Below are positions 7,996 to 17,672 of a DNA stretch of 64,000 nucleotides, piece after piece; the first letter of the stretch is position 1; each line of letters opens with the position of its first letter. The stretch lies in NCBI GenBank assembly GCA_049522315.1, contig JBEKNY010000005.1, forward strand, positions 47,550 to 111,549, in the 5' to 3' direction. Both the position numbers and the translations under genes were made by a program. This DNA is from Terracidiphilus sp. GTDB taxonomy: Bacteria; Acidobacteriota; Terriglobia; Terriglobales; Acidobacteriaceae. The notes under the pieces were generated by a model that was not told the origin of the DNA, did not search any database, and saw only the letters and a list, made by a program, of their open reading frames with translations.

Positions 7996-8112
7996 AAACT
8001 CTTATAACCTTCCCAAGTTCCGAGAAAGACCGAAACTGCGAAAAACTCTGGACACTACCGGATCGGGAAGCGGCGCGAGCGGGGCTCACTCATTTCCTGC
8101 GGAGCGGTCAGG

Positions 8113-9183
8113 CTACGGCAAGGGCTGGGCGCCCTCCGATACATCCCGCGCTGAATGCGGCTGAGTGCGATGCCCTTGACAGCGTTTGTACAGTTCCAGA
8201 CCTAGACGAGAAGGAGTGATGTCAAAGCTTTCCGTGGGAATGTAAGACGTGAAATCGAAAACTTTTTCAAGTAATTCCGAATTAAATAAATATGCGATAT
8301 CCACAGCAAGCCTGGACAGATCGTAGATACCAGTAAGTCGAACCATCTCTTCTGGCGTAAAGATGATTCGAACCGAGGGAAGATCCCGAGTTTCAGACAT
8401 TACCTCCATTACCTTCTTGCATGCAGTAACGAAGATCCGGCTCTGGATCGGTGTAACATGCACGAGAAGATCGACATAGACGTTATTGGAATCGTCCGGC
8501 GCTTCGACAGTGCAAGATGAGGCCAGTAGACCTACCCATAACTGCTTGGTCAAATCGTCGTGCGCCCATGACCCATATTTAAGTAAGCTGGCGACAACGC
8601 GCGGATGAGCGCGCATCCTGTCGGCGCCGGGTTCGGAAGCCAGGAGCTTTTCCGCACCGAGCGCAATCTCCAAAGCGTTCTCGGTTCTGGGCTGATCCAG
8701 TTCTTCGCCAAGCAAGAGAATGGCTTCCTTGGCTTCGGCCCCGCATAGCCGGTACAGAAACAGGGTCGTCCGGAGCATCCTGAACGTATATAAGGCGTCT
8801 TTCGGATCCGTAAGAACGATTACGTTCCTGAGCAGAACATCCCAAAGGTCTGTATCCACGCCTGACGGCAAAACAAACGATAACCCGATGCCATCTTCGC
8901 CATGCCAAACAACCCGCGCCTGCACTGCAATCTGATACTCGGAACTTTTCTCCGGCGAACCTTCCACTTCCAGCGTCAACGGGATCAGCTCACCAAGGGG
9001 CCAGCGTTCTTCGGTAAGCAAATAAAGCCCACCCGAGCCGATATTTCTTATGGTGAATGGCTTTGAAGCCGGGTTGCTCGCCTGCCGGGCTGCAAACCCA
9101 GACGGGATTCGTCTTTCAGCCCGCGGCTGCTCCGGATACCCGATCCTCCGGAGCCAGCGCTTCCATTCATTCACTTTGGTCAT
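8113..9183 (-). CDS. PilZ domain protein with an Abi-alpha (DUF4393)-like C-terminal region
   Basis: N-terminal RAERR and NIGSGG (PilZ RxxxR and D/NxSxxG-like motifs). C-terminal PRVVASLLKYGSWAHDDLTKQLWVGLLASS...YVDLLVHVTPIQSRIF. Confidence 0.7.
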   Translation of the reverse strand: MTKVNEWKRWLRRIGYPEQPRAERRIPSGFAARQASNPASKPFTIRNIGSGGLYLLTEERWPLGELIPLTLEVEGSPEKSSEYQIAVQARVVWHGEDGIGLSFVLPSGVDTDLWDVLLRNVIVLTDPKDALYTFRMLRTTLFLYRLCGAEAKEAILLLGEELDQPRTENALEIALGAEKLLASEPGADRMRAHPRVVASLLKYGSWAHDDLTKQLWVGLLASSCTVEAPDDSNNVYVDLLVHVTPIQSRIFVTACKKVMEVMSETRDLPSVRIIFTPEEMVRLTGIYDLSRLAVDIAYLFNSELLEKVFDFTSYIPTESFDITPSRLGLELYKRCQGHRTQPHSARDVSEGAQPLP

Positions 9184-9857
9184 TTCTTCAAAGTTCCCAC
9201 TTCATTTCGGAGTCCGGGTGTGGCCGTTGTCCTGGAAACTTGGGGCCGCACGGCCGGTAGTGTAGCCCCGCCCTGAATGCCTTTATTGATGGACATGATA
9301 CTACGCAGACAGTTGAACCTCACAGACGCCTTTGTGGCTCCAAGCCGCCGACGCCCATAAGTAGCCACCCGTCTTCCATTTCCCTATTCGGCGCCTGCCG
9401 GCGACCCGTAGTAGGCCCAAAACCCGATTGGCGGCGAATAGCCGGTAATGCGTCAGCCGCGGCAAATTACGCGCAAGTCACAGCTGCTACTCCACTGGAA
9501 GCGCCATGCACGCTCAGGAAGGATTGCCGGGCAGTACCGGCCCTCGACTGCGGCGCCAAAAGCAACTCCATCCGGCCACAGCGAACTAACGCTGGTTCGC
9601 GCGATTTGCACAGTTTCCAGTGCAAATCCTCGAAAAAAACGCCAGAACCACTTTATTGTGAAGATTTTGTTCGATCAGCCATTTGTTCTATTAGGTTAAA
9701 GCAAATGATCGAGGGTGCAAGTCACTGAATAAGACCACTTAACCACAAAAAGTGGCTGGGGGTAACGATCCACCGAGAAGTCATACGGCCCTGGGCGCGT
9801 TTTAACCGCTTGAGTTTTCAATTCGGAAAACCCGGTAGACCTGTTTTTCCCTAGTCC

Positions 9858-10175
9858 CTAGTCTTTCTCCAGTACCTCGTCCAGCAATCCGCGCAGGTTG
9901 GCGGCGCGCGCGTGGCCCAGTTGCAGATCGGCCGACGTGGCCTGCGACAGCTCATCGGCCAGGTTCAGTGCGGCCAGCACGGCCACGCGCAGCGAATCCG
10001 CTGTCCGTCCCTGCGCCGCCACGGCGCGCATCTTGGCGTCGACCACCGCCGCCAGTTCGCGGATGTGTACCGTGTCCTGTCCGGAAAGATGGTAGAGCTG
10101 GTCGTAGATCTCCACCGTCACGTAGTTGCCCGGATTGTTGCGCGCCGGATTGTTGCGTGTCTGTTCGGCCATCAT
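9858..10175 (-). CDS. zapA: Cell division protein ZapA
   Basis: VTVEIYDQLYHL...LAAVVDAKMR...DSLRVAVLAALNLADEL; lies downstream of pheT. Confidence 0.92.
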   Translation of the reverse strand: MMAEQTRNNPARNNPGNYVTVEIYDQLYHLSGQDTVHIRELAAVVDAKMRAVAAQGRTADSLRVAVLAALNLADELSQATSADLQLGHARAANLRGLLDEVLEKD

Positions 10176-10181
10176 TGTGCC

Positions 10182-10520
10182 TCACAGTTCCAGCGCATCC
10201 AGCTGCTTCAGCAGCCGCTCCACCCGCTGCCGCACCTGGTCGCGTTCCGCGCGCAGCACGCCCAACTCGCGCTGCAGTTGCTCTATCGCCGGCGACTGCT
10301 CACGCAGTTGCCCTTCGGCCATCGTAGCGCGCTCCTCGGCGGCGGCCCGCGCCTGCCGCTCCCGCTTCACCAGCTCCACGGCACGCCGCACCCGCTCTTC
10401 CAGCGCCGAAAAATCGTCCACGCTCACAGCCAGCGCTCCCGGCTCCTCGCGCGTCTCCTGCGGCTGTTCCCCGCCCTGTGTTTCCACAGCGGTCTCAGGC
10501 TCAAAAAACGACTTGCCCAT
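10182..10520 (-). CDS. zapB: Coiled-coil protein, ZapB-like
   Basis: FSALEERVRRAVELVKRER...VRQRVERLLKQLDALEL; directly upstream of zapA. Confidence 0.7.
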   Translation of the reverse strand: MGKSFFEPETAVETQGGEQPQETREEPGALAVSVDDFSALEERVRRAVELVKRERQARAAAEERATMAEGQLREQSPAIEQLQRELGVLRAERDQVRQRVERLLKQLDALEL

Positions 10521-10589
10521 CGATCCAACCTCCGCCGAACAGGTCCCATTTGCGTTCGAGTATAGCGCCGATCGTGCGCGCGGTTTTGC

Positions 10590-12764
10590 TCAGGCTCGCA
10601 GCCGCGCTCCTGCCTTGCCAACAGCCTCCGCCACGCGCGCCTGGAAGCTCTGCAACTCCTCCTCGCGCAGCGTGCGGTCCGGCGCCTGGAAGGTCGCGCC
10701 CAGCAGCAGCGCATACTCACCCTTACCCAGCCGCGTGTCGCGGAACACCTCGCGCACGCGCCACTCCACGAGCTCCGGAATCCCGATCTCCGCCATGGCG
10801 CGATCGATCGTCTCCCACGGGATGCTCTCGTCGAGCACCAGCGAGAAGTCCCGCCGCACTGGCTGATACCGCGAGATCTCCCGCGCCGCGGGTTTGCGAA
10901 GGGAGAGCTTGTAGAGCCGGTCGAGATACAGCTCGCCCACCAGCACAGCCTCTTTGATCTTGCGCGCCGCCGCCTCGCGCGGATGCAGTTGCCCGAACCA
11001 CCCCACCGTCATCCCATCGGCCACCGCGCGCGCCGCGCGATATGGATGCAGCCATTCGGGCGTCAATCCAGCCTCCGCAGGAAAACGGTCGAAGTAAAGC
11101 GCTCGCGTCTCGAACCGCGCCAGCACCTGCTCCACAACGCCCTTCACGTCGTGGAATTCGATCGTCCGCCCCGCGTGCAGCGCGCTCTCCTCGGGCAAGC
11201 TGCCCACGGCGCCAAACGCCAGCGCCGGCCGCTCCTCTACCTTGTCTGTCGTGCCGCCGAACGCCGTGCCCAGCTCAAACAGCCGTACGTCGTCCACGTC
11301 CCGGTTCAGGTTGCCCGCGATCATCGTTAACATGCCCGGCACAAGCGACGGCCGCAGCACGCCCGCCTCTTCGCTGAGCGGATTGCCCAGCGGAACCACC
11401 TGCCCGGGTTGCGGCGCGGTCAGTGCTGCCTCGGCCCCAGAGCAGAAGGTGCTCCCAATTGCCTCGTGGAATCCGGCCGCCAGCAGCGTGCCGCGCGCCG
11501 CCGCCTCCTTCTCCGCCCATGGCAGCGCCTGCACTCCCCCACCGAACGCCGGCAGCGTGTTGGCGAACCGGTTGTACCCGTATACCCGCGCGACCTCTTC
11601 AATCAGGTCGATCTCCCGCTCAAGGTCCAGCCGCCAGCTTGGCAGCGTCACCTGCCACGAATCCTGTTCAAAGGTCTGCCCCACCGCAGGTGGCTGACTC
11701 GCTGACTCGTCCGCCGCGGCGGACTGACTTGCTAGCTCACATCCCAGCGCCTCGAGCACGCCCTCAACCATCGCCGCGGTAATTCCTTCTTCGTCCACTG
11801 TCGCGCCCAGGATCCGCTGGACCTGGTTCAACGCGAGTGCAATGGGCCTGCGCCGCGCGGTCCGATCCTCGATTGCAGGCACACGTACATCCACCAGCTC
11901 GCCCTCTGCCCATCCGCCGTTCGCCAGCAGAATCGCGCTCACCAGCGCCGATGCTACCGGCGCGGCGTTAAAGTCCGCCCCGCGCTCGAAGCGATGGCTC
12001 GCGTCGGTGTGCAACCCATGCCGCCGCGCCGTTTGCCGCACTGCCATGGGATCGAACCATGCCGCCTCGACGAGCACGTTCTTCGTCTCCGGCGTGATCA
12101 TCGTGTCCCATCCGCCCATCACCCCGGCCAGCGCCAGCGCCTTGCTGTGATCGGCCACTACCAGGTCGTCCGCGTCCAGCACGCGCTCCATACCGTCCAG
12201 CGTCTTCAGCCGCTCGCCCTTGCGCGCCCGCCGCACGATGATCCCGCCCTCGACCTTGTCCAGATCGAAGACGTGCGTCGGCTGGCCCATCGCCAGCCAG
12301 GCAAAGTTGGTCGCGTCCACGGCGTTCGAGATCGTCTTTTGATCGAGCAGCCCAAAGTAGGTGGCCACCTCGGCGCCCTTGAACCAGTCCTTCGATTCGC
12401 CGATGGTCACATCGCGCAAAACACGCGCCGTAAACCGTCCGCACGCATCCTCCGCCTCGATGCGCACTGCATACGGCATTTTCGCCGGCCGCGCCGAGGG
12501 CAGCGCGAAATCCAGCGCCGGCAACGCGATCCCATAAATCGCCGCCGCCTCGCGCGCCACGCCGTAGTGGTTCATTGCATCTACGCGGTTGGTGGTGATG
12601 TCCATTTCGTAGATTGAGCCATCGCCGATCGAGCCGTTCCGCTCGCCCAGCGGATAATTCCCTTCAACCGCAATCCCGCGCAGCGTCAAATCCTCAGCCA
12701 GTTGCGCATCGTCAACCGCCAGCCCAGGCAAATAAGCTCGCAGCCATTTGGTTAGTATCTTCAT
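10590..12764 (-). CDS. pheT: Phenylalanine-tRNA ligase beta subunit
   Basis: MKILTKWL, ITTNRVDAMNHYGVARE, TDASHRFERG, DLEREIDLIEEVARVYGY and the FDX-ACB tail. No N-terminal tRNA-binding OB domain is evident. Confidence 0.97.
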   Translation of the reverse strand: MKILTKWLRAYLPGLAVDDAQLAEDLTLRGIAVEGNYPLGERNGSIGDGSIYEMDITTNRVDAMNHYGVAREAAAIYGIALPALDFALPSARPAKMPYAVRIEAEDACGRFTARVLRDVTIGESKDWFKGAEVATYFGLLDQKTISNAVDATNFAWLAMGQPTHVFDLDKVEGGIIVRRARKGERLKTLDGMERVLDADDLVVADHSKALALAGVMGGWDTMITPETKNVLVEAAWFDPMAVRQTARRHGLHTDASHRFERGADFNAAPVASALVSAILLANGGWAEGELVDVRVPAIEDRTARRRPIALALNQVQRILGATVDEEGITAAMVEGVLEALGCELASQSAAADESASQPPAVGQTFEQDSWQVTLPSWRLDLEREIDLIEEVARVYGYNRFANTLPAFGGGVQALPWAEKEAAARGTLLAAGFHEAIGSTFCSGAEAALTAPQPGQVVPLGNPLSEEAGVLRPSLVPGMLTMIAGNLNRDVDDVRLFELGTAFGGTTDKVEERPALAFGAVGSLPEESALHAGRTIEFHDVKGVVEQVLARFETRALYFDRFPAEAGLTPEWLHPYRAARAVADGMTVGWFGQLHPREAAARKIKEAVLVGELYLDRLYKLSLRKPAAREISRYQPVRRDFSLVLDESIPWETIDRAMAEIGIPELVEWRVREVFRDTRLGKGEYALLLGATFQAPDRTLREEELQSFQARVAEAVGKAGARLRA

Positions 12765-12820
12765 GACGTCTCGTTCTGCAAGCTAGCGTCCGCTTGCGCG
12801 GACGTTTGCTGGTTAGCAAG

Positions 12821-13222
12821 TTAGTGGATCCGTGATGACAACCGAGGTTTCAATACTCCCAACAGCCCGTTAATGAGCTTAGCTACATTGGTTGCCTTTT
12901 CGAGCAATTGTTGGCCGGATTCCTGATTGAAGAAGCTTAGATCGCAGGCCAGCGCAATCTGCGTTTGCAACTCGTACAGCGACCCACGCGCCATCCCCAG
13001 AAAATTCTCCAACTGTGCGTCTGTTAGCCGTCCGTGGCCTTCGGCGATGTTGCTCGCTACTGAAACCGCAGATCGTCTCATCTGCATCCGCAATCCAAAC
13101 GTCTCGGACTTTGGGAACTTTTCCGTCAGCAAATAAACTTCGCGGGCCAACTTCATTGCCTCTTGCCAAGCAAGCAAATCCCGAAAATGCCTTGTCCTTG
13201 CCACAACCTTGCGTCCTTCCAT
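12821..13222 (-). CDS. Four-helix-bundle protein (23S rRNA IVP-like family)
   Basis: FRDLLAWQEAM...FPKSETFGLRMQMRRSAVSVASNIAEG...ARGSLYELQTQ. Confidence 0.92.
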   Translation of the reverse strand: MEGRKVVARTRHFRDLLAWQEAMKLAREVYLLTEKFPKSETFGLRMQMRRSAVSVASNIAEGHGRLTDAQLENFLGMARGSLYELQTQIALACDLSFFNQESGQQLLEKATNVAKLINGLLGVLKPRLSSRIH

Positions 13223-13282
13223 TACTGCCGCTAACTCGCTAACTTGCTAAGGTGCGCGCAGCGCACGCCAACTCGCCGTCTT

Positions 13283-14401
13283 TCAAACGAACTGCCCCAG
13301 GAACCGCATATCCCCGGCAAAAAATTGCCCGATCTCGCTGATTCCGTACTTCATCATCGCGATGCGCTCCACGCCCATGCCGAAGGCGAAGCCGGAGATT
13401 TTCTTCGGATCGTAGGCCGGCTGCTTTTCCGCCGCGAAGGCAAAGACCGCGGGGTCCACCATGCCGCATCCGAGCAGCTCGATCCAGCCAGAATCCTTAC
13501 ATTTGCGGCAGCCCTTGCCGCCACAGAAGATACAACTGATCTGCACGTCGGCGCTGGGCTCGGTGAACGGGAAAAACGACGGGAAGAAGCGCGTCTTCAC
13601 TGCCGAGCCGAAGAGCGCCTTCATGGCGTAGTCCAGCGTGCCCTTCAAGTCGCTGAAGGTGATGTTCTCGTCCACGCACAGCCCTTCGACCTGATGGAAG
13701 ATCGGTGAGTGCGTGGCGTCGGCGGCGTCGTTGCGGTGCACCTTTCCGGGAATCACAATGCGCACCGGCGGCGGTTGCTGTTCCATGGTCCGCATCTGCA
13801 CCGGCGAGGTATGCGTGCGCAGCAACAGCCGGTCGCGCAGCGGCCGCCGCTCCTGGTTGGCGACCACCAGCGTGTCCTGTGTGTCGCGCGCCGGATGCCC
13901 AGGCGGAAAATTCATGCTCTCGAAGTTGTAGTAGTCGGTCTCAACCTCGGGTCCCACGCCCACCGAGTAGCCCAGCGCCGCAAACACCGCCACAATCTCG
14001 TTCATTGTGCGCGGTATCGGATGCTCGGCCCCGGTCAGCCGCCGCGTTCCCGGCAGCGTGATGTCGATGGCCTCGGCCTTGAGCGCCGCCCCCCGCGAAG
14101 AGTCGCTCGGGCCCCCTGTCAGCGCTGCGTCCAAAAGGCCTTCAACCACGGCCTTCAGCGCGTTGAACCGCACGCCCAGCGCCTTCTTCGCATCAGGCGG
14201 AGCAGCCTTCAACCACCGGCCGGAAACTTCGTTGAGCCGCCCCTGCTTGCGCCCCAGCCATTCCAGGCGGAACGCCTCCACGGCCGCCTCGCCGTCGAGC
14301 CCAGCGGCAGCCTCGCGCGCCTGCGCCTCCAGCGCGGCAAATGCCTTGTCCAGCGCAGCTTCGTCAAACGCCGTCAGATTCGGTATCGCTTCGTTCGCCA
14401 T
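13283..14401 (-). CDS. pheS: Phenylalanine-tRNA ligase alpha subunit
   Basis: HPARDTQDT, LLRTHTSPVQ, FHQVEG, FPFTEPS, GFAFGMGVERIAM. Confidence 0.98.
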   Translation of the reverse strand: MANEAIPNLTAFDEAALDKAFAALEAQAREAAAGLDGEAAVEAFRLEWLGRKQGRLNEVSGRWLKAAPPDAKKALGVRFNALKAVVEGLLDAALTGGPSDSSRGAALKAEAIDITLPGTRRLTGAEHPIPRTMNEIVAVFAALGYSVGVGPEVETDYYNFESMNFPPGHPARDTQDTLVVANQERRPLRDRLLLRTHTSPVQMRTMEQQPPPVRIVIPGKVHRNDAADATHSPIFHQVEGLCVDENITFSDLKGTLDYAMKALFGSAVKTRFFPSFFPFTEPSADVQISCIFCGGKGCRKCKDSGWIELLGCGMVDPAVFAFAAEKQPAYDPKKISGFAFGMGVERIAMMKYGISEIGQFFAGDMRFLGQFV

Positions 14402-14587
14402 GGGTTAACAGCAGGATAAAGCATTGCATGAGGCAGATGTGCGTTCACTCGCGCCTGAGGGGTTTTCCAGTGCCACATTTTCCCCTCGTGCCGCGGCAGT
14501 GGAATCTGAAGATCCCGGCAAACGCACCACGGCCCGGAGTCCTTTCGAACCCCGGGCCGCTTTGTCCGCCAGTCAATAGTTTTGTTC

Positions 14588-14962
14588 TTACGCGGCTTTG
14601 GCCTTGGCCGCCAGCGCTCCCTTGGCCTGCTCCACGAGCTTCGTGAAGCCCGCCGGATCTTTCACCGCGATCTCCGCCAGAACCTTGCGGTCGAGCTCGA
14701 TGCCGGCCTTCTTCAATCCATTGATGAACTGCGAGTAGCTGGTCCCGTTCAACTTGGCCGCGGCGGCGATGCGCACGATCCACAGCGAGCGGAACTGGCG
14801 TTTCTTCTCGCGCCGGCCGCGGTAGGCAAACTTCAGGCCGCGCTCCACGGCCTCCTGGGCCGCTTGGTAGAGCTTCGATTTCGTCAGGAAATAACCGCTG
14901 GCGCGCTTCAGGATCTTCTTGCGGCGGTCACTCCGCTTGGTGCCACGTTTTACGCGGGGCAT
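14588..14962 (-). CDS. rplT: 50S ribosomal protein L20
   Basis: MPRVKRG...FRSLWIVRI...[19 protein letters not shown] before ATG 14962. Confidence 0.98.
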   Translation of the reverse strand: MPRVKRGTKRSDRRKKILKRASGYFLTKSKLYQAAQEAVERGLKFAYRGRREKKRQFRSLWIVRIAAAAKLNGTSYSQFINGLKKAGIELDRKVLAEIAVKDPAGFTKLVEQAKGALAAKAKAA

Positions 14963-15239
14963 GTTTTTCTCCTTTTTTGGATCCCGCCGATTCACTTCCG
15001 TTCGTCGCGGAGAATCGCGGAATCCGGTTCAAGCACGTCGAGCTAAAAGCTAAGGGCTAATAGCTAACGGCTGGTTTTACGCGGCTGGAGGCAGGAGGCC
15101 TTCACGCCGGGGCGCTAAGGCTGTCAACCTCTTCACTCGCTCTGGTCAAGCCTGATCTCTCGCCGTTTCCGGCGGGGGCCATGCATCGGCCCGTCTGCAT
15201 CTGTACGGAACCCCTCCAAAGGGCTGCCGCACGCAGTGC

Positions 15240-15437
15240 TCAGGCGTAGGGGATCATGCGCGCCACCTTCGCGTAGTCGCCATCGGAAACCAGCAGGATT
15301 CTTCCCAGCTTCCGCTTGGTCTTTGGCGCCTTCGACGTAAGGATGTGCCGCGTCTTCGTCTGGCCCCGCTTGATTTTGCCGGTGCCGGTCTTGCTGAAGC
15401 GCTTGGCCGCGCCCGTATGGGTCTTCAACTTAGGCAT
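15240..15437 (-). CDS. rpmI: 50S ribosomal protein L35
   Basis: [24 protein letters not shown]...HILTSK. Confidence 0.97.
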   Translation of the reverse strand: MPKLKTHTGAAKRFSKTGTGKIKRGQTKTRHILTSKAPKTKRKLGRILLVSDGDYAKVARMIPYA

Positions 15438-15529
15438 GTTGTCTCGTTTTTCTGGTCCTTGCACGGGCGGGGACCGCCCGGCCACCGGCCTCAAGGACAG
15501 GAATTCCTGTTTCTCTCGAAGCTTCTCTA

Positions 15530-15539
15530 AGTATACAAT
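15530..15539. promoter_or_regulatory. Overlapping divergent -10 elements (AGTATACAAT) between rpmI and bfr
   Basis: Minus-strand TATACT (15530-15535) and plus-strand TACAAT (15534-15539). The bfr ATG is 8 nt downstream with no SD. Confidence 0.5.
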
Positions 15540-15547
15540 GGCCTTCC

Positions 15548-16021
15548 ATGAAGGGAAACTCCAAAGTCCTCGACAAGCTGAATCAGGCCCTCCGCGACGA
15601 GTTGACGGCGATCAACCAGTATTTCGTTCACGCGGAGATGTGTGAGAACTGGCGTTACGAGCGGCTCGCCGATTTCATCAAGAAGCAGTCGATCGACGAG
15701 ATGAAGCATGCCGAAAAGCTCTTGGAGCGCATTTTGTTCCTCGACGGCACGCCGAACATGGACCATCTTGCGCTCACCATCGGCGCCGATGTCCGCGAAA
15801 TGATCCAATCCGACCTGAAGCTCGAACTCGGCGCCGTAGCGTCGTATAACGAGTCCATCCGAACCTGCGTCGAAAATCGCGACAATGGTTCCAGAGACCT
15901 CTTCGTCAGTCTGCTGAAGGACGAAGAAGGCCACGTGGACTGGCTTGAGGCCCAGCTCCATCAGATCAAGGAGCTCGGTTACGAGCGCTACCTGAGCATG
16001 CAGATGGAGGAGGACGAGTAG
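15548..16021 (+). CDS. bfr: Bacterioferritin
   Basis: [12 protein letters not shown]...[11 protein letters not shown]...DEMKHA...ERILFLDG...[10 protein letters not shown]. Confidence 0.97.
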   Translation: MKGNSKVLDKLNQALRDELTAINQYFVHAEMCENWRYERLADFIKKQSIDEMKHAEKLLERILFLDGTPNMDHLALTIGADVREMIQSDLKLELGAVASYNESIRTCVENRDNGSRDLFVSLLKDEEGHVDWLEAQLHQIKELGYERYLSMQMEEDE

Positions 16022-16023
16022 CC

Positions 16024-16953
16024 TTACTCCGACGGATCCTCCGCCGTGAACGGCGACCAGCTCGGTTTCACGGTCGCGTGGAAGTCCATCAGCTCGATGC
16101 GCGTGGCGTCGGGATCGAAGAGGTTGAACTGGTACTTCCCGTCCCCGCCGATCTTTGGCGCCGTATCGTGTATCCCCTCGAGCCGGTTGCCTTTCACGAG
16201 CACCTGATACGCATCCGGAACCGAGACCTCGCCGATCGACAGGTGGTCCACGCCGCCAAGGGATCTTTGCGTCAAGGTGGCCGGAGTTCCCTTGTCCGGC
16301 TTGGACTCAATCATGTACTCCAGCCACTCGTGCCCGTCGGGACATTGCTGGCTCACCCAGTTGACCTCGCCCTCTTTCATTCCGCCCCACCAATACGGCC
16401 GGAACCCCAGCAGGCCGCGGTAGAACGCGTCCTCGGCCTCGCGGCTGTGAACCCTGAAGCCGAAGTGAATGATCTGATCCCCGATCACGTTCGGCGCGTC
16501 CACCGGCTTCGGGTGCGCGGGCGGCTCCACAAACTGCACCTTGTTGCCTTCGGGATCGAGCACCGTGAACCACCGGCTGCCGTCCACGCCGCGCTCCACG
16601 TGCGGCGGCGTCTTCCATCCCTTCGCCGCCAGGTACTTCCGCATCCCTTCGGCGCTCTCCGTGTTCCACGCCGTATGGTCCATCCGCCGGATTCCTGCGC
16701 CGGCGGGCAGCGGCAGCACTTCGATAAACTGTGTGGCGCTCAGCGCATAGCGCACGCCCCGCGGATTCTCGGGATCGGGCAGCTTCGCCGCGCCCACAAC
16801 CACGGTGTAGAAGTGCTCGGCGGCCGCCGCATCCGACGTGTACACGGCCATGTGCGAAATGCTGGTGATCTTGGGCCGCGGCGCGCTTTGAGCCGCGGCA
16901 GCGGTCGCAAATGAAGCTGCGACTAGAGCGACAACAAAAAACCTGGTTTGCAT
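16024..16953 (-). CDS. Exported VOC/glyoxalase-family protein (two VOC domains)
   Basis: Signal peptide, then ISHMAVYT...DPEGNKVQF and IIHFGFRV...DPDATRIELM. Confidence 0.85.
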   Translation of the reverse strand: MQTRFFVVALVAASFATAAAAQSAPRPKITSISHMAVYTSDAAAAEHFYTVVVGAAKLPDPENPRGVRYALSATQFIEVLPLPAGAGIRRMDHTAWNTESAEGMRKYLAAKGWKTPPHVERGVDGSRWFTVLDPEGNKVQFVEPPAHPKPVDAPNVIGDQIIHFGFRVHSREAEDAFYRGLLGFRPYWWGGMKEGEVNWVSQQCPDGHEWLEYMIESKPDKGTPATLTQRSLGGVDHLSIGEVSVPDAYQVLVKGNRLEGIHDTAPKIGGDGKYQFNLFDPDATRIELMDFHATVKPSWSPFTAEDPSE

Positions 16954-17265
16954 CCGAATTCCCCCACGTTTCCTCAAGCCACTTAACCATAAATCGATTG
17001 GCAGCCGCGCGCAAACGGGGACGAAGCAGCAACTCGCCGAGTCAGCAATCTGGCGGCACGCCCAGGAACCCTGCCCCCGCTACCCCCGAACCCTGATCCC
17101 TGACCCCTGCTTCTCCGTTGTCAATCCCCCAGCCCTCCAAAGAACCACCTCCAAACCCAACCTAATTCCTTGCCCTTCTAGCCCCTGCGCCCCAGTCCAA
17201 AATTTTTTCTGGTTTGCAGATTAATTCTTCCGAGTCGCTAGCCTTGAAGATAAAGGAGCTTCTTC

Positions 17266-17600
17266 ATGGCAGACCCTGCCGTTTCCACCGATACCGCCCC
17301 ATGCGCACCTGAAGGCACGAGCGTACACGCCGACACGACCGCGCCCAAAGACGACACTGCAAACAAGGCCATCGTCCGCTGCATGCGCGCCTGGAACTAC
17401 GCCTACAAAAAGAAGGCTGCCGACGAGGACTCGACCGGCTACCAGGCCGAAAAGGCCGGCAACGAAGCCTATCTCAAAGCCACGCCTCCCCTCGTCGGCT
17501 ACAAAAACATCTGCGACTTCATCGCCTGCATCAACTTCGCGTCCATGACCGGAATCATTACTCGCAGCGAAGCGACGCACTACCTCGCCATCGCCAGTCG
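17266..17600 (+). pseudogene. Hypothetical protein, apparently 3'-truncated; the frame runs on into unrelated antisense sequence to 17886
   Basis: AAAGGAG RBS. RCMRAWNYAY...AYLKATPPLVGYKNICDFIACI resembles a recurrent acidobacterial hypothetical family (recognised from memory). After HYLAIA the sequence corresponds to an opposite-strand gene start. Confidence 0.5.
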
Positions 17601-17672
17601 CGCGGCATCGAACAGTTCCTCGATCGAGTATTCCTCTACGACCCGGGCGGTTGTTGCATCCATCGGCGCCAT
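17580..17672 (-). pseudogene. 30-codon gene start with a strong RBS, possibly a truncated cytidine deaminase 5' end
   Basis: GAAGGAG RBS followed by MAPMDATTARVVEEYSIEELFDAARLAMAR*, 43 nt downstream of the aminotransferase stop. Confidence 0.3.

Noticed and set aside
9190-9857. 6S RNA expected downstream of zapA, or a c-di-GMP riboswitch before the PilZ gene
   Set aside because: Only weak hairpins (for example ~9671-9711) are present. No recognisable 6S rod or GEMM signature was seen by eye; cmscan would settle it.
12821-13222. DGR accessory protein (Avd-like) implying a diversity-generating retroelement
   Set aside because: No reverse transcriptase and no template/variable repeat pair with A-specific mismatches in the window.
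14402-14587. T-box or Phe attenuator upstream of pheS
   Set aside because: No T-box antiterminator motif and no Phe-rich leader peptide; only one GC hairpin (~14530-14558).
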